The notes under the pieces were generated by a model that made no database searches, was not told where the DNA came from, and worked only from the letters and a program-made list of their open reading frames with translations. A DNA stretch of 64,000 bases, from assembly GCA_035084275.1 (NCBI GenBank), contig CM068757.1, positions 5,766,001 to 5,830,000 of the forward strand, given 5' to 3'. Below, in pieces: positions 52,526 to 64,000 of this stretch (its first letter is position 1; every line of letters starts with the position of its first letter). The translations under genes were made by a program, and so were the position numbers. This DNA comes from Hydrolagus colliei (taxonomy: Eukaryota).

Positions 52526-52794
52526 ATTAGCTGTAACTCAGTATATTCTCTTGGTCAGGTAATGTTTTTTTTCTCTCTCTCTCCAGCTACTGTTAAGCTT
52601 CAATATAACTGCAGTTCCAACTAAAGTATCTTCAAAGGAGCTGCACAAGCTCTCTTGGGTGGCCAATTGGGTGAAGGGTTCTGTCCAGTTTAACAGTGAA
52701 CCACATGGGACAGAAATGTACAAAATTCAATTCCTAGATTGTGCCATATTAGAAAAAGTGCATGAGAAGAGAGGTTAAAGGCCAAAACTAAATA

Positions 52795-52990
52795 TGTTGA
52801 CCGTTTTAGCCTCAAGAAAGTTTGGGGAAATTTTTTCCACAATTTTAGTCTGAATTCGGAAGCTACAAAATGCAGGGAAAAAAAAGTTTTCCAAATTCAG
52901 ATTGGATTTGAGGATTTTTCCAAATTTCTGCACGTTCTGAAATTTGGAATCACTGATTCGGAGGCTAAGACTGAGTGGATTTGGGGGCAG
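52795..52990. mobile_element. Fold-back MITE-like element
   Basis: Nested inverted repeats: ttagcctc/gaggctaa, aagtttggggaaat/atttttccaaattt, agtctgaattcggaa/ttccaaattcagatt. Confidence 0.5.
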
Positions 52991-53154
52991 TGGTCTCAGG
53001 GGACAAAGAGATTTTGTGCACTATAGACAGATAGTCTATAGTGCACTTGCTGCCAGGCATGAAGACTGGTCAGTTGGGGGTGAGATACTCGAGAGCTGCT
53101 GGGATGAAAATGAACACTAGCAATGGGAAGATTCACCACAGCAGTTCACAAACA

Positions 53155-53420
53155 TCAACAACAGAATTACACTTGTATAGTACCTTTCACATCAGGACGT
53201 CCCAAGGAGCTGGACAGTCAGTGTTTCAGACTCGAGCTGGGGACAGGCAGGGTGGAGGCAAACTGGGGATTTGGGGTGACCGGTGGGACCATCGAAGGGG
53301 CGAGAGGCGAGACTTGAAAGAGGCCAGGGAGGGAGCGAGGCAGAGGGACTGCGGGACAGAGTTCCAGAGGTTGGGAGCAGCGTAGCTAAAGGCTTGCCCG
53401 CCAACGGTGGGGCGGGTGGG
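53155..53420 (-). mobile_element. L2 3' end
   Basis: Highly similar to 46824-47095 (gagttccagaggttgggagcag...aaggcttgcccgccaa); hairpin tail present. Confidence 0.9.
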
Positions 53421-54774
53421 TTGGGGTTACATGGAGCAGGCCAGAGCCTGCTGAGCACAGGGGACGCTATATAAATGCGAGCTGTTGTGGTTATTCTACA
53501 GCAGTGCACCAAGCCGCACAAAATCTGGATACGTTTAGGAATGAATTAATGTGGCAACGTGCATTTCATTTGGATCGAGATTTCATTCAAACGGCAAATA
53601 ATTCCTACCGAGGCTTCAAATATTGAGCCATTTGAGGCTCTTCCGATGTGGTATTTTAGACATTGGCTGTTTAACAGCACTCCACAGATACAGAGAAAAC
53701 TTCACCTCTTAACAAAGTTTAAAATTCCTCTTTGATTACGGACGGGCAAAAATCTATGGCGCAATCCAGGTGTGCACCGGAGAATTGTGAATTGCATTTT
53801 GTTTTGCCAATGAGAAGAAAACAAGTACAGGAAAATTAGTTTCTCATCACTCCACAGTCTTGGGTCATTGCATTAGTAACACAAGGGCAAGGCTGCCTCA
53901 TCCGTTTTCTTTACACTTGAGAAATTATAATGGAACATAATAAACTTTAGCAGATTAAAATTGATCATTTCTATACTCTGTAACAATGGGTAATTGCACA
54001 TGTGGTGTTGTTGGAGAAGGAGTTTATTATAATAGATAGTGGATGGTTAGTGGCAGAACCAGAAAGGGAATTACAGGCCGTGAACTTCTGCTATCCTATA
54101 ATTCTTTTACAGTCTCAAGCAGTTAAGGTGCAAATGGAACTGTATTTCCTGTGTTGACTGATGATCAGCCAGGAAACACCAAAGGAGCAATGAGCAGAAC
54201 ATCCATCCTCAAAAACTCTGAGGTGCAAGCAGTTTTATTACTCAATTATTTTAATTGAATATAAACTTGATTCCATTAAAGATTATTCACTGATCTTCTT
54301 TACACACACATACACACACAAATACACACTCAGGCACTAACTTTAAATTTGTGGAAACAGTAAGAATTGTGACTTCTGAACATCTATGTGACAGAGTAAA
54401 ATTGAAGAAATAAATTGCGGAAACGATTACAAGCCTCCTGGAACCTCTTAGACAGTCGTCGACTGAGAGGTATTTTGGCTTTAAACAATTCAGAACGAGT
54501 ATTTACAGCAAACGTAACACAGCTCCCAGGAGTGAGGAACAGTAGACCATTTGGCCCATCAAGCCTGCATTGCTAATTTCATAGATCCATGCCCACATCC
54601 TCCAGAATCTTTTCCTTTAACCCTCACGCTATCCCCCATCTGTCCTTAAATCCCACCTAAAAACCTACCTCTTTGATGGGACCAACTCTCACCTCACTCT
54701 TCAACTTTCTCCATTGTCCTACCTCTGTCTTTGCGAAGCACTCCAAGACATTACCCTATGCAAAGGTGCTATAT

Positions 54775-54900
54775 AATAATAATGATTACATTTGATATCG
54801 CACCTTATCAGGCCTTCGAGATGTCTCAAAGCACTGCACAGTATATATTGTAAAGTGAATTTACTGTTTATTTTGTTTGGGAAATGTGGCAGCCAATTCT
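54775..54900 (-). mobile_element. DeuSINE 3' fragment
   Basis: gagatgtctcaaagcactgcacagtatatattgtaaagtgaattt...ggcagccaatt. Confidence 0.75.
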
Positions 54901-55554
54901 AAGTTCACAAAGATGCAAGTTCCTGTTGATCTGTACCCCAATCCTATTTGCCCATTTCACTAGCCACGTAATTATCTGCTTTCCTGAAACATTCTTACCG
55001 ACTCAGAATTACTGCAATGCATAGATGTAAAATTAAGTTGTGAGTCATTTTGTTCACTGAGAGAAAAAAAAGGAGTAATTTGTGAGGAGGAAAACCACAG
55101 AATCTGGAATACGAGACCCTGGGAAAATTCATAACAATAGCGTTTTTGCATTTCCTCGATTTTCACACACAAAATCTCTACTAACTAACCACAACTCCCT
55201 CATTTCTATTGTTACTCAGTGAATGAGCAGTTTTACACCGGCACTTCAACTAATGCAATGCACAAATCATTGAAGGACCAAAACTAATTTGTTAGCATCA
55301 AGTTTGTCATTACACTATTTCTTGTGCACATCCAACAACGTGGGTGGAAGTGTCACCAAAGGCATTAAGCATCAGAAAATAAATTTACAGGCTTCCAGTC
55401 ATCAACTCAACCTTGATCAAAAACTCACATGTAACCTGCAGGCCATATGATGAAGTTTGAATACCCGTAGTTCAGTTTACTATTGTTTTTTTTTCTAAAA
55501 GCACTCAATTTTCACATTTCCTTTTAACAGGGCTGTGTTAAATGTTCAATGCAA

Positions 55555-55825
55555 ACAAGCATTTCTCCCACAAAATATACAGTCAATTCACTTTACAGTA
55601 GATTCCGTAAACTGCTTTGAGCCATCTCGAAGACGTGACAAGGCACGATATTAAATGTAAGGATTAATATTTGTTATTAACTTCATGGTTGTTTATGGAA
55701 CATTGCTGTATGTAAATTTACTGCTGTGTCGGCCCACAAGAAAAAGTCACCATGCTTTACGGTATATCCTGTGAAATGCTCCCGACATAAAAGGCACTAT
55801 AGCAAATGTATGGAATATTATTATG
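55555..55825 (+). mobile_element. Two consecutive DeuSINE 3' fragments
   Basis: cagtcaattcactttacag...aaggattaat, then ttgtttatggaacattgctgtatg...ggaatattattat. Confidence 0.7.
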
Positions 55826-57457
55826 AATAGGAACTGGGACAGACAGGTTTCAGCTCAGCATCAATAATTTTGTTCCTTTTTAATTAACTATTAGGTCATC
55901 TCAGTTAGTGTCAGCATTCCACTATTAAAGCAAGGTTACTCCCTGGCACCAATTACAAAAGTGCCTGCTGTTAAAACCAATTTGGGGAATTGTTCACTGT
56001 TGAATTACACATCTCAATCCTAATTAATATAAAATTGTTTCCAAATTTGGAAAAATTGAAGACCACCTTCACCTTGATATTCCAGGTACCATCCTGGCTC
56101 AGTTGGTGGTACTCTCACCTCCAAGTCAGAAGGTTATTACCTATCCTAATTCTGTCATGTCGTCAAGGCGCACAATGATTAAACAGCATTGAACAGCATC
56201 CAGGGATTTGCAAGTGCCATCCATTTTGGATTGTTCTCTTTCCTCTTTGTGGTAGAATAAATTGTGTAAAAATTACAGTCACTGTGCGTTTCATTAAATC
56301 TTTCGGATATTAAGACTTAAAATACTCCTGGGTATTCCTTCATCATGTTACTAACTCCTTGTACTTTTCCTCTGGGCTGTAAAGCTGAATTGATCTTCTA
56401 CCTATATGCTGCCTGAGGTTGAGGGGGTTGAATTTGTGTGCTCCTAACCTACCTTATCATGCATCTGCAGATGGTTTCCTGAAGGCAGTTTGTTGAGGTT
56501 TTATTTTTATTTTACTAGACGCTTGTATTGATTTGTTTTTTTTAATTAAATGCACCGGATGAAAGCCCATTATTTATTGACGTGATGAACTGGACAGCCT
56601 CAGCAACAGGTGAGGGAAACTGCTGCATTGGAACACTTTCATTGGATTCTTCAATGATTGGTAATATGTGCTAACATTATTAGCTTCTAATAGGAGTTTC
56701 TATCATGCATCAGCAAGCTCAGCAAATGTCTTCACCCACCAGAAGCGTATAAAATAGACTTCCTCACCACAATCAGTGAATATTTCCTATCAGAGATTAC
56801 AATAATAAATAACTAAGGTCAGACCATTGAACGATCAATGCATGCACCAAACATCTAATCTAGGCGCACGTGATAAAAGATGGCCTTAGAAGCTCTGACT
56901 GCACTTCCGTGAAGGATCAACAGGGCCAAGGAGGAAACTCGGCAACAAACAGGATGAGAATCATTTGTGGCAAACGCTCCAAATGTCCGTCGAAAGTTGC
57001 CACAACCGAAATCTGTTCCTGATGGGACACGAGCACACTACACAAAGGCAGCGGAACAACACATTAATACTGGATTAGGAAAAGAATGCCATCTATATGT
57101 TTCAATCAATCACAAGTGAAGTCTCTCCCGGCACAGACTAAATGGGACGAATGGCCTCCGTTTGAGCCATAACATTCTACGATTCTAAGTGAAAAAGTCG
57201 AAGTCCCTCCTCTCTTCCAACTGTGCTTTAATACAATGGACAATAGTTGGACAATAGTCATAATCCACAAGTTATAAAGGCAATTCAGTTTGAGACAAAA
57301 GTTACAGAGTTTAATCTATTTTTCATTTTATATGACACAACTAGGTCTTAACTCCTTTTTGATATTGTTCTGCACTGTAGTTACAAATCTACGCCTCTAT
57401 GACTTACCTACAGGAGTTCATATCATGGTGCACTCTAATTATTTCAACATCGCTAGA

Positions 57458-57668
57458 ATAATAATAATAAACCGTCCAAAAAAACTACAATAATAAAATT
57501 GGTCATTTCAATCCACAACTGTTTGTGGGACACTGCTGTGCGCAATTGGCTGCCGCGATTCGCCCACAAATATATAGTAAATTCACTTTACAGTATATTC
57601 TGTGAAGCGCTTTGGGACGTCGATAAGATGTGAAAAGCGCTATATCAAATGCAAGAATTATTATTATT
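57458..57668 (+). mobile_element. 5'-truncated young DeuSINE
   Basis: Near-consensus Deu core and tail (agcgctttgggacgtcgataagatgtgaaaagcgct...caagaattattattatt). Confidence 0.92.
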
Positions 57669-57926
57669 GTCTTTGATATAAAAGTTTTTAAGATACAAGG
57701 TCAACAATATTCATACCTGACAGCTCACAAAGGCTACGTCAAGAGCAAAGCAGATGCAGCTTCACTTGTTCAGTATATCAGTTATAATATTAATCAGCAT
57801 CAAGTCTCAAGGAGAATCCTTCTTTGCACTCAACGATAACCCTGAGGTCTAATGTGTAAGGTGGTCTTCAACTGATGTGCAAAATATGCAGTTTGGGTTT
57901 AATCAAGGGTCACGACTCCATTCGTG

Positions 57927-58270
57927 TGGAGTCCTGTACCTTACAAGCGAGAGACCTGGGTTCAATTCCAGGCAGGTCCAGGGCGAAACCTGGGGCAAGT
58001 TTCCTTACTCCATATGCCTGATAATAATCCCTCAAAAAATAACAATAATAAATTGGTTAATCAATCCATGACTGTTTGTGGGACAGTGCTGTGCACAATT
58101 GGCTGCCACATTTCACCTATAAATATACAGTCAATTGACTTTACAGTATATTCTGTGAATCGCCTTGGGACATCCTCCTGACGTGAAAGGCACTCTAAAT
58201 GTAATTTTGTTGTTGTTGTCTAGAAGATGTGAAAAGCACCAAATCAAATGCAAGGATTATTATTATTATT
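57927..58270 (+). mobile_element. Near full-length DeuSINE with an L2 tail nested in its 3' hairpin
   Basis: Head ccttacaagcgagagacctgggttcaattcc, Deu core, L2-type tail at 58161-58217, then gtctagaagatgtgaaaagc...(TTA)n. Confidence 0.9.
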
Positions 58271-59921
58271 AAGTTATTCAAACCGTTCTTATTGGTTGCA
58301 TAAATAATGGCATCTGAAATCCCCTCTGCACTTATACATGTACAGATGGTTAACACAAGCCACAAATGGGCAACTTTCTGAACCCCACATTGCAAATTGG
58401 ACCCCACTGATAGAGAACTTCCTCCATGAATATTCTCACAAAATACATTGGTCACAAGGCTAGTTTGATGGTTATTTCATCGCCAGCCATAAAATAATTT
58501 CTCACTTTGATCCAGCTCATAAACACATCTCACCCACCTCACACACACACACACACAAACACACACATTGTTCTTCTGCTCAGATGACACAGTGCTGTCT
58601 TATTAATGTCATTCGCTCTCACATAGAACAAAACGACTCAACAGAAGGGATCTTCACACAGAAATTAAGTAGATTGTATCAGAAGTAAGTGCCTGTTTAG
58701 CAGGCAGAGAGAGATAACTAAACAAACCAGGGAGTTCTTACAGTATTCTTAGACAACAATGGGATTTTGACAGACAACGGCCATAATACAACATGTCCTA
58801 ATCCAAGCACATGAGGCTCTTTGAGGCTTCCACACTTTTTAAGTGGATGTCTGCCATTCCTTAAACGAGGGTAATAACACAACGAGCTCTCGTGGATTGG
58901 CTTTCATTGCTACATAACAATAATGACACCAAGGCTGCAGTAAGCCGGTGCAAGTCTCTACTTCCTTGTGTCGCTTGGCAGTGTGGGCGGTGTTCAGTCC
59001 CACACACGCCAGTCCTCTTCTGAAAGCGCTTTGCTTCCTCTGCACTAAGATTGAAAACTCACGGAAAAGACTTGGATTCACGTTGTGCTGTCAATCATTT
59101 CTCCCACTTTCTCCCTGGGTGCCCACCTCTCCCATCGCTGAGCACTTTACATGAATGGTACTATATAAATGCAAATTGCTGTTGTAGCGCTACCGATGAT
59201 CAGGGTGCAGTCGTGAATTTAAAGTAAGATGGCAATCATATTTAATTAATCTTTTATAAAGCAACATTTGCCTTACAGATTAGGAGTTCAGCGCAGATGA
59301 AACTCTTTATTGCATTGAAATCGTTGTCTAAGAAGCTACCGAGTGCTTCACAAATTTCTCCTGCAGTTGAATTCCCATCAAATATTTACCCAAAGCCTGA
59401 GTGTTCGCAAATTTCTTCACGGCAGGCAGGACGAAATTCCATGTGACAAACAGGAAAGACTTCACAGTCCTTTCAGCTGAGAGAAGCTGGCCCTGAGTAA
59501 TAACAGCTTTTGCTGTGGACAGAATGAGTCCATCCGCCCATCAGTATTACTGCTTATGACTAGACAGATCCCATATACAATGAGGACTGAATCATCATGA
59601 GAGTGGGTTTGAAAATTCTTTTTTTTGCAAGAAATGTAGGCAAGCAAAGCTTAGACACCACTAACGTAGACAGTCATGAGCATACCCGACACAGTTTAGA
59701 CATATGTTAATTGACTGCCAGTTACAAGTTGCATCATAAAGTCATGGGAGCGCAAAAGCCACAAATAAACCAGAAATAAACACAAGAAAGTAAGCTTCTT
59801 ACTGTACTCAACAGTAGATTGGGGTACAGGAAGTAGGATTGCCGTTGCAAAGGGCAGGGGCTGACACGATAGGCAGGTGTCTTAAAAGCTACCGAAAAAC
59901 AGCTTCAGCGCTGTAAATTTG

Positions 59922-59957
59922 AATAAAAATCCTTGCCTCTTGGCAAGGATTTTTATT
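59922..59957. repeat. Perfect 16-bp inverted repeat with a 4-nt loop
   Basis: aataaaaatccttgcc-tctt-ggcaaggatttttatt. Confidence 0.95.
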
Positions 59958-60049
59958 GATTTGGATGGGTGTAAAGTATCCAAAGACAACAATAATATAC
60001 AAAATGTGGCACAAGTATCATCAATCAACTAAATGCACAATTTCAATTG

Positions 60050-60113
60050 GAAGGGAATCCTCCTGATGTGAAAGGCCCTATAGAAATGCAATTTGCTGTT
60101 GTTGTTCTTGTTG
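60050..60113 (+). mobile_element. Short L2 3' tail
   Basis: tcctcctgatgtgaaaggccctatagaaatgcaatttgctgttgttg. Confidence 0.75.
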
Positions 60114-60611
60114 TAAGCATTATTCCGTTCAATTTATATAATTAATATTCAATTTATACAGTCGCCGCTTCAAGTTTTGCCAATTCCTCTTTGTGTCTCT
60201 TTGAACCAATCGGATGCATTGTGATGTTTCCTCAGTATTGAAAACCTATTGTGGATTCCTTAACATCCCGAACAGCTTTTCAATGATTACATAGCCGTAG
60301 ACATTAACAAATTTGCTAAGGTACACAAATCACAGTGAGAGATTGGCTCAAAATATATGGGAGTAGCTGTGACAGCATAGCAGGTATTAAACCAAATTCA
60401 CTGTGGTTTATAGCTTACAGTCAATGGGCAAAAAAGACATTTACAGAAGGAATCAGTTTGGCTTAGTTTCTAAGCAGGTCCACTCCTTCATAATTGGCAT
60501 GATCAGGTATTTACATCTAATTTGCAACAGAATTTAAAACGGTCTCTGAATCCCAAACAGGGAAATCACTAAGAAATGCGGCACATTGACCAACTGTAGA
60601 TAAAACTGCAC

Positions 60612-61477
60612 GAAAAAAACCCTGATCGCTCTAATCTCTCACACTACCATCCCATCTCCAATCTTCCTTGCCACAGTCCTGGAATGCATTATTGCAGGTC
60701 AACTTCAGTCACACCCTCTCCCTCCAATCCCTCCTCGAGCCCCTGAAGTCTGGTTTTGCGCTGTCCACAGCGCAGAGACAGCGCTTGTCAAAGTCACAAA
60801 CAACCATCTCCCTGTCTGTGACCAGGGCTCCCTCTGCATCATTGTTCCCCTGGATCGTTCTGCGGCGTCCAGTTCTACCTCCAGCTGTCCTCCACCACAT
60901 TGCCTGCCTCCGATCGTACCTTACCCCAAAAGCAGCCGAAACCCTTGTGCGTGTGTTTGTCACATCCCGTTTGGCTTACTTCAATGCACTCCTCGCCAGC
61001 TCCACCATTCAAAAAACCCAGCTGCCTGCATAAGACCCAGATAAAACTCCCACATCTCACCATTTCTGGCCAGGCTCTACTGGCTCCCCATCACCAAACG
61101 GATCGAATTCAAGATCCTCACAGTTGTGTTCAAATCCATTCACTCCCTGGCACTTCCCTACCTCTACGATCTCCTCACTCCCAAGTGCACCTCCCAGCCC
61201 CTCCGCTCAACTAGCACCAGCCACCTGCTCATCCCTTGCACCTTCCTTCCCACCATCGACAGTCAACCCAATACTCTGGAACTCTCCCTCAATCCCTCTT
61301 CCTTGACCACTCTCTCCCCTCTTTCAAGTCCCGACTGCAAACTTTCCTGTTCGACTGTACTTAGGGCCATCTCCCCCCAACCCCCTCCCCCTGACTTGAA
61401 GTCAGTCGCCGGCACTTTTAAGCAGTCTGAGACAATACACTGTGTGGAGGGCGCTTTATAAGCGCAAATTGTTGTTG
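60612..61477 (+). mobile_element. L2 LINE ORF2 remnant with the RT core deleted
   Basis: Frameshifted motifs 'HYHPISNLP', 'SLLEPLKSGF..HSAETALVKVTN...IVPLD', then a jump to 'HIACLRSYLTPKAAETLVRVFVTSRLAYFNALLA' and 'WLPITKRIEFKILTVVFKSIHSLALPYL'; degenerate tail at the end. Confidence 0.92.
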
Positions 61478-61878
61478 CGGTAATAGAAACACAGTAAATA
61501 TACGCCACTGCTCAGTGCACTCAGTGGATGTAGGCATCTGTTTTTCAAGTGACCCATTTTGTCTGAAGGAATGTGACACACTCCTACTTTGGGCCCAACC
61601 TAACTGACACTAACGCTTGCTGAACAACCGTCTGACGCACTTTGCTGGAGGAATGGTGTGCTAGAAAATGTGTTAAAGTTCACAATGGCAAACCAAACAC
61701 GGGAAGCCAATGCATTGGAGTCGTTCTAATTATGTCAGACTCAATTACACTCTCATAATCATTCTCGTGTAGCCACTACACAAGCTTTGGCTGACAGGTA
61801 ACTCTATTTTTGCCCAAATGACTCCTATTTACAGGACTGACCTCTTTGCAACAGCAAACCTCTGTTCCATTCGGTAAC

Positions 61879-62183
61879 TAATAATAATAATCCTTGCATT
61901 TTTATATAGAGCTTTTCAAGTCTCATCAACGTCTCGAAGCGCTTTACAGAATATGCTGTAACGTGAATTGACTGCATATTTTGTGGGCGGCCAATTGGAA
62001 CACAGCAGTGACCCACAAACAGTCGAGGATTGAAATGACAAATTTTTATTGTGTTTTTGGATGGATAATTATTAGGCTTGTGGAGTAAGGAAACTTGCCC
62101 ATGGTTTCGCCCTGATCTGTCTGGATTCGAACACAGGTCTCACGCTTATAAGACGAGTGCTCTAAACACTGAGCTACAGGAGC
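61879..62183 (-). mobile_element. Full-length tRNA-derived DeuSINE
   Basis: The reverse complement has tgtagctcagtgtttagagcactcgtcttataagcgtgagacctgtgttcgaatcc, a Deu core and a (TTA)n tail. Confidence 0.92.
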
Positions 62184-62394
62184 TTCTACACATCCTCAAG
62201 GGGCAAAGGTAAGAAAAAGTAAGGTATTCCAGGCAAAAAGCTAACCTGGGGAAAAAGCACTCTGTACCTCAGGTAAAAGAACGAAGATCCCATCTGCCTG
62301 TTTAATTGGATATTAGAGATAATGTAGCGTGCCACTATTTGAAGAGAGAAGGGAGTTTCTCCTGGTATACTGGCTAACAATCCCCCAAATAAAA

Positions 62395-62570
62395 TTGTTC
62401 ACTCGTTTAATGGTTGTTTGTGGGAAATTACTGCAATCGATTGCTGTCGCAATTGTCAACAAATACAGTCACTCCGCTTGACAGTGAACTCCGTGAAGCG
62501 CTTTGAGACATCCTTCCGATGTGGTAACGCGTTACATCAAATGCGAGTAGTCTTATTATTATTATTATTA
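62395..62570 (+). mobile_element. Old DeuSINE fragment
   Basis: ttgtttgtgggaaattactgc...aatacagtcac...gtgaagcgctttgagac...ttattattatt. Confidence 0.75.
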
Positions 62571-63524
62571 TTGTTCTCCTCCAATATTATTCACAGCCAG
62601 ATTTCGACGCAAACATCTTCTCGGTGAAATTGCTTGGCGGGTCAACTCCATTTGCTGCGAGACTGATCCACAAAGCCATTAATCTGTGACAAAGGAAAAT
62701 CTTGCAATCGCCAATCTCATTCGAGGTTTGCGATGTTTAAGACCTGTGACCTCTAGTTATATTCTCCGATCCTTTTATCTACATAATCTATATTTGCAAC
62801 ACTGCTTCCCTAGATTATAGGCTTCCTTACACACAACCAATATGTGTCGCAAGGAGTGTTTGGAGGATATTATACCACTCGCATTGCGCTTTTTGTGGGA
62901 CTTTGCATGCCAGACTGGAAAATGCAGCCTTATTGTGGACACATAGCTTAGTTATGAAGGGCACAATCCTATCTATCCAGTCGGCAGATCTAATTAAATG
63001 CGGCTTTTGCCTTTGCTATTCTGCCACAGCTGTCATGAAAGCTGTAAGCTTTGTCTTTGAGAATACATCCAAGGTAACAACACTTCCCATTCGGCCTTGC
63101 CATGGTTGAGTTACACCTGAGTTTTAATAATGTGGCCATGCTATTTATAAACATTAATTTGGATGTGCAAAGGCCAGTCTAAACACCAAAGAGATGGCAT
63201 AGTAAGATTTTCAAAGTAATAGGCAGTCTCCAAAATAAGTCTGGCTTAAGGCACAAGGATAATTAGCATTTCTTTTCCTGTAAAGAAAGGGAGCTCTGTT
63301 TGGATCTGAACATTTTGAAACGGCTCAGGTTTTCTGCTTACAGAGAACTGTGACCCTGCGGTGACATTGAAATCGTACAGTACCTGGCTGTGGCTCGCCA
63401 ATAGAGAGAATGTCATTTGTAACTTTGTCCACGTATTCCTTTCTGAATTACAGAAGCAACTGCTAAATAAATGCACGTTTGGCTTCTGCAAGAAAGATAC
63501 TGAGAAAACAGACAACCAAACTAT

Positions 63525-63580
63525 CAACAACAACTTGCATTTAGATAGCGCCCCTCACGCAGGGTAGCGTCCCAGAGTGT
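63525..63580 (-). mobile_element. Short L2-type tail
   Basis: caacaacaacttgcatttagatagcgcccctcacgcaggg. Confidence 0.65.
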
Positions 63581-64000
63581 CGAATGCTTGTTGCGTTCAT
63601 TTTAAATCAGTGCCAAGCCCCTTTAGTATCAGTCATGATCGAACACCATCTTTCTATGCCCATGTCATCATTCTAAGGGAGACTTGAAAGTCACAAGTCA
63701 CTGCTTGTTGGATGAAAAGAGCCTTGTATTGAAAGGAAGGATTGAAGTTAAACGCTTCGAATTCACATCAAGAAGTGAAAATATGAAATAAATGAACAGG
63801 ACATCAGTCCCAATAACCACAAATTGCTTTAAAGGTCACTTAACAATCAAAAAGCCCTGTGCATTTTGTGCATGTTAACTGTCATGTTCAAAATAGACAT
63901 CCATTCTTCACAATAATTAAATTAGGGATGTCATTACCTTTTTCCCCCATCTAGAAAGGATTAGAGTCAGGTAAATCATCAATCAGATGGCATATCTTGG

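Noticed and set aside
1-64000. CRISPR array, prokaryotic operon, rRNA, or known miRNA/snoRNA
   Set aside because: The recurrent ~36-nt hairpin motif is dispersed in both orientations with retro-tails rather than regularly spaced. There is no gene-dense coding structure, and I recognised no known small RNA by eye (no Rfam search was run).

Overview
AT-rich (about 40% GC, judged by eye), CpG-poor vertebrate DNA with no recognisable protein-coding exon. The repeat content (tRNA-headed Deu-domain SINEs, older SacSINE1/AmnSINE-like copies, L2 and CR1/HER1-like LINE 3' ends) points to a cartilaginous fish, most plausibly a chimaera such as Callorhinchus (inference). The window reads as a large intron or gene desert: dozens of SINE and LINE fragments, a Harbinger (HARBI1-like) transposase fossil, a few MITE-like fold-backs, and TE-free stretches rich in PBX-HOX/MEIS/TAAT motifs that may be conserved enhancers. 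Nearly all ORFs in the supplied track look spurious or TE-derived. The most notable structures are a CpG-rich composite non-autonomous retroelement at about 4366-5530, two SINEs carrying an L2-type tail at the same internal position, a covarying 3' stem-loop shared by the SINE and L2 tails, and several inverted tail pairs and palindromes. Coordinates were read by eye (about +/-10-20 nt) and no database search was run.
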